Assembly (NCBI GenBank): GCA_040954595.2
Contig: CM082579.2
Coordinates: forward strand, 9,041,625-9,105,624
DNA length: 64,000 bases
Source: Balanoglossus misakiensis
Taxonomy: Eukaryota > Animalia > Hemichordata
Direction: 5' to 3'
Shown here: positions 34,301-48,863 of the stretch, piece by piece
How positions within the stretch are numbered: the stretch's first letter is position 1
Layout of the letters: each line of letters opens with the position of its first letter
Translations under genes and position numbers: made by a program
Notes under the pieces: model-generated
What the model saw: only the letters and a program-made list of their open reading frames with translations
Told to the model about the DNA's origin: nothing
Database searches by the model: none

Positions 34301-37300
34301 AAAATCACATGCGGTGCCTGGAGTCAGCAGAACCTTCTGGCGCTGGGCAGCGAAGACAAAACTATCACCATCAGCAATGCTGACGGTGACACTATCCGAC
34401 AGGTAAAGCCGAACTGCTGTGTGGCGGTTAGCAACAGCGCCACCACTCGCGCAACGGGTGTATCACAGAATTCAGTCGAGCTTCTACAAACAAACAGGAC
34501 GTTTGAGCTGTTTGATAATTTAGGGCAGTTTCTTTTATCAGTTGGCTCAGCAAACATACTGAAAAATGTCAATGTGATGTTTTCTAATGTAATCGATAAA
34601 TAACCCGAGATTTTTGTACATTTTCACAAATACACAGTCAAACCTGCCTATAGTGGCCATTCGAGGGGGCTTCCTGGAACTGGCCTTTATTAAAGACAGG
34701 TCAATTCCTACACATGTACATTGCACAAGAACTGTACAAACAAAATGGCCACTATACACAAGTTTCCACCCGATAGAGTTGGCCACTAACACAGGTTGGA
34801 CTGTAGTGGCATTTCCAGCAAGTACCATTCTGAATAAGATCACACCAGTTCTACGGTCCGTAGTTACCATTAACGAATACTTTGTGTGTGATTGTTTTTA
34901 ATTCAAACTGTTGAACATTTCCAGACGTCCGTCCGAATGGAGCCCACAGATGTGCAGTTTTCGGAGATGAAAACGGACGAGAGAAGCGTTGCAGGTGAAA
35001 ACACGGTAAGTCAGACTTTCATTTGACCTTTCCCTATGACGCTTATTTTGAATTCAAATGTTTCGTTTTTTAACTAAAGGTGACAGAATTCGCCTGTGAA
35101 GGGCCGAGAAGTAGTAGGGCAATGCAGTACACTCATTAGAACACTCCCATGCTTTTGCTTGTTTGACATTTGCTGCCGAAAATGTGGTAGAAACTCATAG
35201 CCAGCAAGAGAATGCTAGACTCTCGGTACTGTCAAATATTACACATGTATATTGAAGACAGAAGACCCGCGCTGTGGAAACAGAAATACATTTTAGGTTT
35301 TATTGTCTTTTGGAAACGATAATCTAAACTCAACAACTGAAAAAGCATGCATGATAACTGTCTCTTTCATACATGATATGACAGTCTTTACGTTTTTTAT
35401 AGGAAATTCTTGTCCCTTTAGAATTGTGAAGACTGAACATGCTTATAATATACTGTGCTGTTTTTTTGCTCGAATCTTTTGTCAGGTCAGCGTATGCGTT
35501 GGCAAGAAGACGCTCTTCCTGTACAACTTGAATGATCCCGACAACCCGATAGAGTTGGCATTTCAGCCAAGATATGGAAACATCGTCTCGTACAAATGGT
35601 GGGTGTTGACAGTGGTGGCTGAATGTCGTTCAGTTGGTCTTTCATTACAGTGTTGTCTGGGTGGGGGATTGTTTTGATTGCTGACTGAGTGTTGTCTGCA
35701 TTACTGTGGTCATATCATATAAGTTTGTAACTTTGTAACTTTATGGCCAGTTTACTTGTACGATACATGTATTCATCTGATACCTTCATCGGTTAGTTTC
35801 CATTGCATTGGAACAACCTGCCCAATTTTGCCGGTTTAACTGTTGGATTTTGTTAACAAATCAACTATGGACTCATGCATGCTGGACACACCCGCTGAAT
35901 TTTTTTAGCCAGTCTGTGGCGAGCTTAACGGAATGACAGCAGTGACTATATTGTCGGCTCGTTATCGTCTGTAACACTGCGTGTGATTCGCCGTTCTCTG
36001 TCCAGGTACGGTGATGGCTACGTCATGCTGGGGTTTTCCCACGGCTACTTCATAGTGATATCCACACACATCAAAGAGATTGGTCAGGAGTTGTTCCAGG
36101 CCAGGAACCACAAGGACATGCTGACGGCCATCGCCATCTCTCTGCCGCTCAACAAGGCTGCCACGGCCGGAGATAACTGGTAAGAACCTAGAATTTAGAA
36201 AAAATTGTTTTTGCTTGTTAATGACCCAATTGTTTCTTGCAAGAGTAAGAGAGAACATATATCCATGTACAGTACCCGGAAATTAACTTTTGAGAAACTT
36301 CACAAGATCCAAGTTATTTCATAGATCAGTAGTACAGGATTAATCTGAACTGGCTTGTTTGAAACAGATATACATGTATAACAAAATTTATTATTTTTTG
36401 GAGTGGATTCACTATAGAAGCTTCAATGTTTCACTGAGTTTTAATTCAACTGTATGGTCCCATGTCAAGGGTCAGATGTTGGTGATCTATAATACCAGGC
36501 ACTGGAGTATCATCTTTGATATTTTCAAAAATACACGTTTTCCATTGAATCTGTTTCTGACTGAATATCTCTACTGTCGTGGCATGAAATCCATCTTATG
36601 AAACACGATCAGTACATCACTGTGGGGTTTTATTTTTATTTTTTTCCTGTCGTCAGCATCAAAGTGCACGACTTGTCGGAACTCAAAGAGATGTACGCCA
36701 TCATCACCATGGAGGACGAGACCAAAGGGTTGGGCAAACTGGAATGGACGGACGACGGACAACTGCTGGCCGTCAGCAGTCTGCGCGGCACCTTGCACAC
36801 TTACCTGACCAAGCTGCCCGTGTTGGGCGACGCCTACGGCACCCGGATAGCCTACCTGACCTCCCTGTTGGAAGTGACCGTGGTCAACCACGTGGAACAG
36901 GTTTCTGACTCTTTTCTTCTGTATAATTTTCACCCACGAGTAAATGAAAGTGCACCTTCAGGCACAAACGCTTGCCCCACTCAGTGTCCCATTTAGCGGT
37001 TTAATTTGCCCCACAGACAATGCAATACACACCATTGCACTGGTGCATTTCTATCCATGTTGAGCTGCTACAGTGTAATACCATACAGGCCACCATCTGC
37101 TTGTGCGTGCTTTCACATACATGTACATGTGTATACTCCATACAGTGTATTTCAACAACACATGCATCTCCTGCATACAAATTGCACATTACAGAACCGT
37201 TGCACCTACAGTGTAGTCCACACCCATCCATGTACATACATGTAAATGTACAGAAGTCATGCACTAACATTAACACCACCACCTCTCATTCCCTGTGTAT

Positions 37301-40300
37301 GGATCCCCAAATCCCAATGCACATTTATACAGCAGCAAACAGGTTAAATGCCCTGCACAGTGGTTGCCTGACAAAAGTTTACTTATTCACAACCAATCTT
37401 TGTTCACATAATATCACCAAAGCGATAGAAATAAAAAACTGTCAGAGTTCAAAGATGACAATCCTTATTAAACTGATTCATTATTTCTTTCCACCTAAAA
37501 TGCCTCTCTATCATTAAAAAAATGGGAAATAAAGGAGGTAACAATCTCATTGTAATCGTTTGTGTGATAACTTGCGCTTGTCAGTGATGCCAAAAAAAGG
37601 CAAAGTGACACCCGGGGGGAAAAAGAAGGGCCTCCGAATTTCTGAGATTTAAAGTGTGTTGTACCGACGTCTGTGATGCTGTGTATAAGTTACCATGCAT
37701 CACTGTTGGCAAACATACTCAGATCACTAATAAATGCAGATATTGTACCACAGAGATCATACATGTAATATTATGTACATCATGTGCATCTAACAGAAGA
37801 ACTGTTGTGTTGTCACTGCATTACTCAATATATCTGCGTCCATTTCATTCATGTTTTGTGTCTCCACATGATGGGGGAAATCGACATGGCATCCAGCATT
37901 CACGTGTGTGTATCTTTTTTAACCGAACTAATCTTTGACAGTGACGCTGTCCATCTGTGTTATTACTAATGCACTCTTAATCAAGTTAATGTCATTGTGT
38001 GTTTTTTTTCTCGTTTTGCATGCTGTTCTTTTTTGTCTGTATAAATAAAGCGCCGAGTTGGGCGTACCAAGGCAAGTTACCCCGATTTACCTCTTCCTTC
38101 TGCCAGACATTATCAGCACTCCTGTCTCCTTTTCTCTCTCTCTCTCTCTGTCGTTGTTTGTGTCGTGTTCATTCACATGTAAAAAAGATATACCTAGTTG
38201 CTTGATTGTACGGTAAGGGTGTATGTACATACTGCATGGACTGTGCTCTACTTATGGCAAAATTTTTCGAAATTCTGAAGGCTAGCTGCTGCATGATCTG
38301 TGTAGTGCTAGAACATTGTGTATAATTTGAATTTCTTGTTTTTAGTACCTATTCCACTTCAAGTAACTGTACTTGTGGTTGCTGTATGATCTCAACCCAA
38401 AACAGGAAATGTGTAATTAGCTTAGAATGTTATCAGTTTTGCTCCAATTTTATCATCATGGAAGTGTCAAGTGTAGTACTGTACATTTAGTAGTTGCATG
38501 TGGAAACAGATTTTTTTTTGGGGGGGGGGGAGACTCAAAATACACTGATAGATACTAGTAGCAATTCTGTTACTTCATTATAAATCATATCAGAGACTGT
38601 TTCTGTCGCATTCGTGTTTTGTGTACAGGTTCTCAAGTTTCCTTGCGTAATAGTACAAAGGATATGATATAGATGCGGGTGATATCTTACCTTCAGTCCA
38701 ATGCAGTGTCATTTTAAAAGTTTGTTAATAATCTCCCTTCCCCCCTTCCCCCAACCCAGGAACAGTCTGTCACGATTGGTATTGAAGTGGAGCCCAACTT
38801 TGTTGCACTGGGACCGTACCATTTGGCCGCTGGAATGAACAACAGGGCTTGGTTCTACATACTGGGAGATAAAGGTCAGTCAGGAATGTTGTGTTATTGT
38901 GAACATGCATTTTCCTTCATCTCTGTCTCTTTCGTACCACAGAATATCGTGAGATAAAAAATTTGCTCTCTTCGCATTCCTTATTCTGTGGTAGACATGC
39001 ACTTCTTCAGCCTGTGCTGATTTCATGTGTCATCCTGTGTACATGTATCTGACCAGCAGGTAATCAATCAATCAATCAATCAAAGAGAACAGAAAGTCAA
39101 CAAAACTGACCATCCTTTATCCTCTCAGCAATATCCACCAGAAATACTATCAATTTCATAGACTTGATTATTTGACCTCCCCTTCACGCGTGACAAATTT
39201 CGCAATCTTCCCCTATCTGAGAAAACTCTTTACACGCCCCCCTCTGCAGGTCCCGAGAGGATGAAGGACAGAGAGTACCTGGGCACCATCAACAGCATGG
39301 CACTCAACGCGGACTATGCCGCCGTCTTCTTTGAAAACAAAGTCCAGCTCCATCTGGTGAGTGTACAGTCCTTGATCTGAAAAAAAAGTCACTAGGTTCA
39401 TCCTTGTTTCACACAACGTGCATATCGATTTGTCAGGGCAGATACAGACCGTATGTTTGGAAACATATGCGAAGTGGGACTCATAGTGAAAATATTTTCT
39501 CTGTCTGTGTACTTGAACCTTGAACTTTGCATTGTGTTTGATGCCTCTGACTTTATTTCAGATTGAGGGTGAGGGTGGCGAGGGGAGCACAAGTGAGGAG
39601 AGAGAAACAAGACTGTTTCCAGACTCGGACATCGACCTCCGAATTACCTGCTGTGCCCTCACCAATGACTTCCTCATCTATGGAACTGATGTAAGTCACC
39701 TGCAAATACATCTAGTAGTTATCGAGACTGCTGTGTTGATGTTCCAAATGCTGGTTATTTCGCTGGTTTTGTTTTATATTCATGCAAAACATGCCAGTAT
39801 ATGTGAATCCATTAGCTGTATGGGTTTTTTGTACCAATGATTACAAAACTTACATGTATAATGTACCAGTATGTCCATTGCTGTTTTAGATAAACGTATA
39901 TTCTTCGCTATCAAATGACGTCAGACGCGTTCAGGTGGCAGTTACGTTCGCGTTCAGATTTCCAGATGACGGGCAACTTCAGCAACGTGGACTTACGTGG
40001 TGCAGACAAAGACTGTGCAGACGAAATGCAATGAGGCTGATGAGGCAACATACCCGATACATGTTATGTGTTTGGCGGTTCTAAAGTAAACACATACTCG
40101 GAAAAACTTTTACTGGATGCCGAAATATTGCTTGCCCGTCATCTGGAAATGACTGCGCCATGTGACACATTGCCAGATCACGTGATTGATAGTAAAGAAT
40201 TTATAATAAATCATTCACCCATTCATTTGCCCTAACCGATGCCATCACCTACTCTCACTCACACATACACCCACCCACCCAACAAACCAAAACCTGTTTG

Positions 40301-43300
40301 TTTGTTTGTGTTTGTTTGTTCATTGTTTGTTCATTCCATTCATTCATTCATTCATTCATTCATTCATTCATTCATTCATTCTTTCTTTCTTTCATTCTTG
40401 ACAGGGCGGTGGCTTGCACTACTTCTTCATTGAAGATTGGCAGTTTGTGAATGAATTCCGACACGTTGTTGGTATCCGTAAAGTCTACCCGGATGTGACT
40501 GGCACTCGTCTGGTTTTCATCGATGACAAAAGTGACGGATATGTATACAACCCTGTAAGTACTACACGCAGTCATGTTAAAATAAACTGTGATGGGGTTG
40601 AGCTCACATATTTGTAACACAAGAGATTAATATTGACACTCAGTGTTCAATATGTTTCTGAGTGAGTGATAGTATGTTGTCCGTGGTTCTGAAAAAAAAA
40701 ACAGAATCCTGCAAGAGTTCTTTCAGCATCTGTGTGGAATGCACTATAGTCATATGTGAAGATTTGCTGAAATAATATATGAAAAAAGTAGAGAGTGAGA
40801 GAGACATATACAGCTCTGCTCATCTCTGAATCCAAGTAACTTTTGCAATACATATACATGTATTGCTTTTTAGTACTTGAAAAATTTCAGTTACTATAGT
40901 AGGTGTTGGAATTCATTGAAAATGTCAAAAAAATACATTTGAATGTGTAAAATAAAAGCTGGTTATTTGGGGTGTTTTTTGTTGTTGTTTAACAGGTGAA
41001 TGATGCCACCCTGGACATCCCAAACTTCTCGCCGACAGTCAAGGGAATACTGTGGGAGAACTGGCCACTAGACAGAGGCATATTTGTAGCCTTTGATGAC
41101 GATAAGGTCTATACCTACGTCTATTGCAGAGAGACAGTTGGGGGTGAGTACGAAATGATTCAAAACTTCAAATACAAAACACAAGTGTCATCTGTACAAA
41201 GTTATATCATCTGTGCAGATATTGGGAGATTCTTCTCTTGTTCAAAGAAAAATTCATGTCTGTGGTCTGTTATTTAAATTTTGGATAAATACATACAGTT
41301 GCTCCAGTGAGAACCCTCTTATCATTTTCACTGAAATCAGTGTGAAAGAGCCACTGGAAAAGTTACATTTTTTGCATTTTGAAAATCAAGCCTGCTTTCT
41401 GTGTATTTGTTATAGGACCCAAGGTGATGCTGGCCGGCACGACCAAGCTGCCCTATGCCCAGCATCCAATTATGCTCCACAACGGCGAAGTCACTTGTCA
41501 GACTCAGAGTGGCAAAACCACAACACTGATGCTCTCAACGCACAATTTCCACGAAAAGCCCTCGGAATTGCCCCAGTCTGAGGTAGGTTCTCGGGTCATG
41601 TCATCTCCTCCAGTTAAACATACACTGTTGGTATGCCTGCTGTTGTCTCGCCAGGCAAGCAACCCTTCACTTCCCCAAATTAGCAATAAGATTGTATGTA
41701 TTCAGGCTGTGTGTGCAAGAAACATCTCATCTTTGCATGGCTGTATTTTGTGAATAGCTGCATAGAATAGTAGCAGAGAAAACAAACCTGTAGACGTAAT
41801 ATTAATAAAATAATTTATTTTCTTCATTTTCTCAGAAAAATGTTTTAATACATACAAGCATTTTTACTAGCAGAAATATCACTACATGATGTTGCTAAAT
41901 CGACAGTTCATCCTAAAGAGATCATGCAAAACCTTTTCATTTCATGTAATCTAAGTCAATGTTTTTTTTTTTTTTTTTCCGAAACAGCTGCGGTCAGCGT
42001 TGCAGCAGTGTCTTGTCCTGAAGAGGTTCAAAGAAGCCTGGGTGCTGTGTCATTTTCTGAACAGCAAAGAAGGCTGGTTGGATCTGGCCAAAGCTGCAGT
42101 GCAACATCTAGAGATTGACTTTGGTCAGTTTGGATTTTTTTGTATCGGTTAACAAGGAAATGAGTAGCCAGGCCCATCTTGATAGTGAAGGCGTGTTAAA
42201 AACTATGTCGAGTTTTGGGGTGAAAAAGGTCACCTATGCAAATTTAGCCACAGTTACCATGGGAACAACTTAAAATCTAGCCAATCACAGGTGACCATGC
42301 CAAACACACAATGTGCCACCACATGGTTGAGAGAAGACTTACGTTTTTTTCTATTTATTTTTTTACAGCAATCAGAGTGTACAGAAACATTGGTGAGGCT
42401 GGCCTTGTTCTCTCCCTGCAAAAGATAAGGGTATGTACACCATGCATTCCATGGGAAGATGTAAATCCAAGAGAATTGGAAGATTCCCTTCCTTTCATAT
42501 GATTATTTTCAGAAAATTGGAGAAATCATTTTCACACACAAAAATCTTCATAATTGTTGTGTTTTTATATTTGTATCATGCTTATTACGTTAGGCATAAA
42601 TTATTAAGTTTTTCCTGTTTCCTGAAAATTCTTCTCCAGGGAACTGAGGACCAGAATCTGTTGGCCGGCTACCTGGCTATGTTCATGGAAGACTTCAATC
42701 TGGCCCAGGATCTGTTCCTGGCCTCGTCTAATCCGATGGCAGCGTTAGAGGTGAGTGTCTTTCGTGTAGACGCAGAGATTGGTTGGAGAGAAAGCTAACA
42801 CTTGGTAAAAGAACTGAGAGTGGGAATGGAAATTTGGAATAATCTATGCAGAGGATGATAAAAAGCGAAACTGTTGAAACTGAGAGTGTATTATGCGCGT
42901 ACTGTTTTGAAACACACTGAAAATGACAAATATGTGAAAAGGATTTTTGGTATAACTCCAGCTTAAACCCTTTGAATGTGGTGCAGAAGAAAACTTCTGA
43001 ATAGGTAACTGAGGGGCCATAGTGCAAATGGTTACGCATTAACACTGTCATTGCAGATGAGACGAGACCTGCTCCACTGGGACCAAGCGTTGCAGTTAGC
43101 CAAGGCATTAGCAGCTGACCAGATACCCTACATATCCAAAGAATATGCTCAGCAGTTGGAATTTACGTATGTAGAGTACATGTACATGTATATTCCTCAT
43201 ATTTCATGTGATCCCACTGAATGTTCTATGCCTTTGTGGTCCAACTTAAACAAGGCTTTATATCTTGGAATCTGTTCATGCTTGCGCATGTAAAATTCAC

Positions 43301-46300
43301 ATCTTGTCATCCTCTGTTGTCTTTGCAGTGGCGATTATGGTAATGCCCTGGTTCACTACGAGAAAGGTGTGACAAGGGATGAGAATGTAAGTGAAATACA
43401 GCCTCACCATTCTAATACTGTTGTCTGGTCCAACTGTAGCATTTGGAAGTATTCAAAGTGCGATTGACTAAAATCTTGTAACTTCACTTCTTTTAGAAAA
43501 AGTCTGTCTGTCTGTCTGTCTGTGTCTAAACTGTCAACGGATTTTTTGATGTTACCAGGTATATTATTGAAAATATATACACAGACATATACGTGACGTT
43601 CATGGAATCTGACGATGTACACACACAGATACATGGACAGACACACATAGACTCACCACTGATGTTCCGTTAACCCGTCACAACCCCCCTGTATTTACAG
43701 CAACGTGAGCACGACGAGGCGTGTGCGGCGGGCATTGCCAGAATGTCCATCCGGATGGGAGACATCAGACGCGGCGTCAGCATGGCCATGAAGATGCCCA
43801 ACCGAATGTTGAAGAAGGAGTGCGCCTCCATCCTGGAGAACATGAAGCAGTACACGGAGTCGGCCATGCTGTTTGAGAAGGGAGGGTATTTCGATAAGGC
43901 GGCTTCTGTCTATATCAGAAGTAAAAACTGGTAAGTTGAGGAGTTTGTTCGGAGATATGCAACATTTTAAAATCCAGTGATATTGTATTACCACAGTTTA
44001 CTCTGAGAAAAGTATTACCAACAGTGGGCGGACAAAATCGATGTTCCAATTTTTCATTTGGTATAACTACTATATATCCCATTTAAAGATAAAAGACATA
44101 AACGTTTTCTTTACACTTGTAAATTGGGTGAGGAGTTCTACAACTTTGAATTTTTTTTACAGTGGTATTGTGTGTCAGGTCCCCAAGCATTTGAAATTTA
44201 ACACCTTCACCCCCCCCCCCCTATTTCATTGTATAAAGGTCCACCATTGCTATTGATAACAGTGGAGTGGGAACACACGTGACCATGGTGGTGAAAGGGT
44301 TAACAGAAGAGTATGAAGATCGGCATTGTAGCTAGGGAGGATGTGGCTGTTATTTTGTGCCAGTTTATTCACTTTCAGTCTCATGTTTGTTTGTTTTTTA
44401 GGAGCAAAGTTGGGGAGCTGTTAGCGCAAGTGACCTCTCCCAAGATCCACGCTCAGTACGCCAAGGCTAAAGAAGCAGACGGCAGGTACAAGGAAGCAGC
44501 CGCAGCCTACGCTAATGCTAAGGACTATGATAGTGTCATCAGGTGAGTGTGGGATAAGTGTAATCTGAATGTAGAATTCCATGGTTTTAGCTGTCTTCAT
44601 CAGCTTCACGGTGTTCAAGATTATGTTGTTACGTTGAGATCATAATCTGATATATGACTGTAGGGTATGTTGCAGCCTGGTTAGTGTTTAAAAAACTTGA
44701 TGTTTAGAGTAAATGATCTTCCTATTTCTGGTACTGATTTTTGCAATTTGTTCAGCAGTGTGATATCAGTTTGATGTTATTCTTTTTTTTTTAGAATCCA
44801 ACTTGATCACTTGAACAATCCTGAGGAGGCAGTGAGGATTGTCCGGGAAACCCAGTCCATCGAAGGTGCCAAAATGGTGGCAAGGTGAGTCTGCTGAGAA
44901 AAATTGCAATATTTTTTCATAACTGTCTATCCATAACTTAGATTTTCAAGCAAGAAAGAAAGCAATTGACAGCTGTTTACACATATTTGTGATTTTCTTT
45001 GCCTGTAGTTAGTGTAACCACCCTAATGACCTGATATTTATTTGTACATGTAGGTTTTTCCAGAAACTGAATGACTACAGCTCGGCTATTCAGTTCTTGG
45101 TGATGTCGAAATGCAATGATGAGGCCTTCCAGATGGCTCAGCAGCACGGGCAAATGGAAGTCTATGCTGACATTATCGGTAAGGCCACAGACCACTTGCA
45201 ATAGGCTGAGGATGTAAAGAATAAAGATGTCCGCAGAGCATACATGCCTGATTTACTGCAGTTAAACCATCCAAATTTGTACAATCATTTCAAAAATTGG
45301 AAAATTATGTGTAAAGCATCTATTAAATGGGCTTTGCGAGTTCATAAAATATTTTGAAAAAAATGGCTGGTCTATTGTCCACATTATCATTTTATGCTGG
45401 CTTAAAGTTTAGGCCAGACCTAAACTCCCTCCATACCTGGACCATACTAGCCCATCCCTGGTCCGACGTTATGGTCCATGTTGGTCCTTCATAAATGGCA
45501 TAATGTGAACCCTACTGTAGTCTAATGTGAACATTGTATTTCCCCCCCCCCCCTCCCTCCCTCCTTCCAGGTGATGATGCCACACCGGACGATTATCAGA
45601 GTATCGCCTTGTACTTTGAGAACGAGAAGAGCCACTTCATGGCTGGCAAGTTCTTCTTGCTGTGTGGCCAGCACACCAGAGCGCTCAAACACTTCCTTAG
45701 ATGTCCCGTGAACAACGAGGACAGCCAGGCCATAGAGATGGCCATAGAAACAGTGAGTCTCGTCTCCTTTGCCAAAATAAAGATGGCCACCACTTCACAC
45801 GTATTGATTAAATTATAATGTATTATGGTCATTGTATACATCGAAATAATGTCAACCTGTTATTCACTCATTTTGATATATGGCACCATTGAAATAATAC
45901 TTACTGCATGGCTGTGATAATGCAGTGTTATTTGTTAGTGTGCTGTGATTTGTGCAAAGTTTTTTTCATACTAATTTTGGATGATTTGGTCCCATTTGAA
46001 ACACCTTGATATACAATGTAATACCACAAAGTATTTTTATTTACAATTCTTTATAATAAATAGTTTGTGAATTCCCCCATTTCGGTTACAGTCTCATCTG
46101 AAGCATACGATTCAAATCAAAGCGTGTATATGTATGTACCCTACAATAAAACCAACCAGAATTTGTATGTCCAGGTAAACATATTGCTACATGAACTTTT
46201 GTTGCTCAGGTTGGCCAAGCCAATGATGATGTGCTGACCCACCAGTTGATTGATTACCTGATGGGGGAGACAGACAACATGCCCAAAGACGCCAAGTATC

Positions 46301-48863
46301 TCTTCAGACTCTACATGGCACTCAGGCAGTACAGAGAGGCGGCCAGGACGGCCATCATTATTGCAAGGGAGGAACAGAATGCAGGCAAGTCCATATTAAG
46401 GATTGATTCACTACATCACCCCCGATTCCCAATGGTTTGACCCAGTCAAGTGCAGACGGCAGTGGGAATGTAACATTGCACTTACACCCCAGGGAGGATA
46501 GGAGTGGGTTAGAGGCACTACATCACCCCCAATTCCCAATGGTTTGACCCACTCCAGCACAGAAGGCAGTGGGAATGTTACATTGCATATACACCCCAGG
46601 GAGGATAGGAGTTGTTTAGAGGGGAATAAAACATAACAGAACAGGTATACATGTACATGTATGCCAATATACTTACTTTAAGAATTGACTCTGACGTGTT
46701 CGTGATGATGTGTTTACAGGTAATTACAGGAACGCCCACGACGTCTTGTTCTCCATGTACACTGAATTGAAATCGCATAAAATCAAGATCCCGGCAGAGA
46801 TGGCCAATAACCTCATGATTCTGCACAGCTACATTCTGGTCAAGGTAAGGTTAAAACATTTGTTGAAGATCTCCTCATGACACTGGAGTGAGTGATGTCT
46901 ATGTCAATGCCATTGGCTGTGTCAGCAAGTTTTTTTGTTCAAACTTTGATCTTTTGAAGAAGCCTTCCTGATATAAAAATCTCGCAGTAGCATGGTTACT
47001 GGAATGACTGACTCTCCCCACCCGACCTTGTTGTTATTGTTGTTTGTTTTCAGATCCATGTAAAGAGAGGTGATCACTTGAAAGGAGCCAGAATGCTGAT
47101 CAGGGTTGCCAACAACATCAGCAAATTCCCATCACGTGAGTTGTTTACATATTAGTATATATGCCATCTGCTGAGTTTCCAGCAAGACTTGCCAACACTG
47201 CTCGCAAAGCTTTGGTTCATTGTGACATCGAGACTGATAATACAATGAGTGACTTTAGTGGCCCCTTGTCCAATGTGTACTTACCTGGTATATCCCCTCC
47301 TCTCCCCACCACCCTTCTTTCGCAGATGTGGTTCCAATCCTGACTTCTACTGTAATCGAGTGCCACCGATCGGGACTCAGGAATTCCTCCTTCAGCTATG
47401 CGGCAATGTTGATGAGACCAGAGTACAGGAACAAGATTGATTTGAAATATAAGAAGAAAATAGAAGCCATTGTCAGGTGAGAGGCAGGAGCATTTCTCTT
47501 TTGTAAACTATGTGAAGGTGTCGGACAAGAGATTATAAAATGCTTGGTTGCTTCTCGACCCAAGTGTTAAACCATCTTTGCCAATCATGATATTGACTGT
47601 TTCTTCAATTTAGGTGAACCTTTTGAAATATTATAAGTGTACAATTTGATGTGTTTTTTTTTAATCTTCATAACTTGGCCTCATGTATCCTGCACAATCC
47701 ATTATTAACATGTAGCACCTTCCAGACTGTGGTTTCTGATGTCATATAGGAATCACTCAATTGCATCTCCCATTATTTTTTTCTCCAGAAAACCTGATAA
47801 AACTGAAGAGGATGAACCGAATTCGCCGTGTCCCTACTGCCAGTTTCAGTTGCCAGAAACTGAACTGGTGTGCCCAGGATGTAAAAATAACATTCCATAT
47901 TGTATTGCTACAGTAAGTTCAGTTTACAACGGTTTCACCTCATAAAATCCACAAATTGTGTTTTATAGTTTTATGAGGCTTTGAGTTCAGGCAATGATTG
48001 AACAAGATTGGTTTTAACAGATATTCAAGTTAACTTCAGAATATGTGCAGTTTTAATGCAACAAGATCACACCAACCAACCAGACATTCGTGCTGGGAAT
48101 TCCATTCGTGTCTTGAGCACAGCTTTGTTTTTAAAGAATAAGATATACTGTAAGAAGTGACAAATTTGCAAAATCATTATCAGTTGCATTCCGATGCTTT
48201 ATTTCAGGGTCGGCATTTGACGAGGGATAATTTTACGGCGTGTCCCAGGTGTGATTTCCCCGCGTTGCATTCAGAATATAAAAAGTGAGTATACCGGTAA
48301 TCCTCATTTGTGTGAACCTTGAAGTCGTCTAGTATCTGTGAAATTACACTGTGATGTAGTTGTCATGATTTATATCAGTTTCTTTACATATTAAAAAAAC
48401 TATGAATCAGGTCACAATTTTGGTCAGAAAATGTGAAAACGGCTTTGAAGTAGTTCAACAGTCTTTTCATTTTCTCGGACCTTTTCCTTTTATGAAGGTC
48501 CCAGAAAATAACGAGTTCTCAAAAAAGACGAAAAAGAATTTGGGTTGTCTAGGATGTTCTTGATAGTGTATATCATATGCAGGTCGTTTGCAAGTAATCT
48601 GGCTGATCAGCTAAACACTTCCCCTACAACCACTTTTTTTATGAGAAAGTTATGTTCAGTGCTGCAATCATATCCAGGACATTCTTCCCTCTTTCCCATT
48701 AATGAACCACCCCTATATTAACATCGTTTGTTTTTGTTTATTTGCCAGTCTCTTGGAGACAGAAGATAACTGTCCCATGTGTTCCGAGCGAATAGGCGTT
48801 GAGCATGTGAAGCAGATCGACGATCCATCGCTGTATCTACATCCCGACGAAGGGGATGACTAA
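30748..48863 (+). CDS. WDR19: WD repeat-containing protein 19 / IFT144, IFT-A core subunit (about 1347 aa, 31 exons)
   Basis: Exons 30748-30753 (MK), 33233-33390, 33797-34021, 34270-34402, 34925-35005, 35486-35598, 36006-36179, 36657-36900, 38760-38874, 39250-39356, 39562-39690, 40405-40554, 40996-41143, 41416-41582, 41988-42123, 42369-42430, 42640-42750, 43057-43166, 43329-43386, 43701-43930, 44402-44542, 44795-44884, 45054-45178, 45571-45752, 46210-46384, 46720-46844, 47054-47135, 47326-47476, 47789-47912, 48208-48284, 48749-48863. Peptides such as [56 protein letters not shown] and the C-terminal CPYC...CPGC zinc-finger region match WDR19. Confidence 0.97.
34633..34805. mobile_element. Family C MITE copy in a WDR19 intron
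   Basis: cagtcaaacctg...caggttggactgta terminal inverted repeats; internal similarity to 1091-1274. Confidence 0.72.
39959..40149. repeat. Inverted-repeat-bounded element in a WDR19 intron
   Basis: tttccagatgacgggcaa ... ttgcccgtcatctggaaa. Confidence 0.65.
40330..40398. repeat. (TTCA)n/(TTTC)n microsatellite forming the acceptor tract of WDR19 exon 12
   Basis: Directly visible. Similar short arrays at 16509-16537 (AAAT), 26537-26592 (TATC/TGTC), 29884-29920 (TTCA) and 56481-56524. Confidence 0.9.
46409..46622. repeat. Tandem duplication, 2 x 107 bp, in WDR19 intron 25
   Basis: The unit cactacatcacccc...ccccagggaggataggag..ttagagg starts at 46409 and again at 46516. Confidence 0.9.

Noticed and set aside
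37001-37520. Cys/His-rich ORFs in WDR19 intron 8
   Set aside because: They derive from degenerate CA/TG-rich low-complexity sequence; no domain pattern or splice support.
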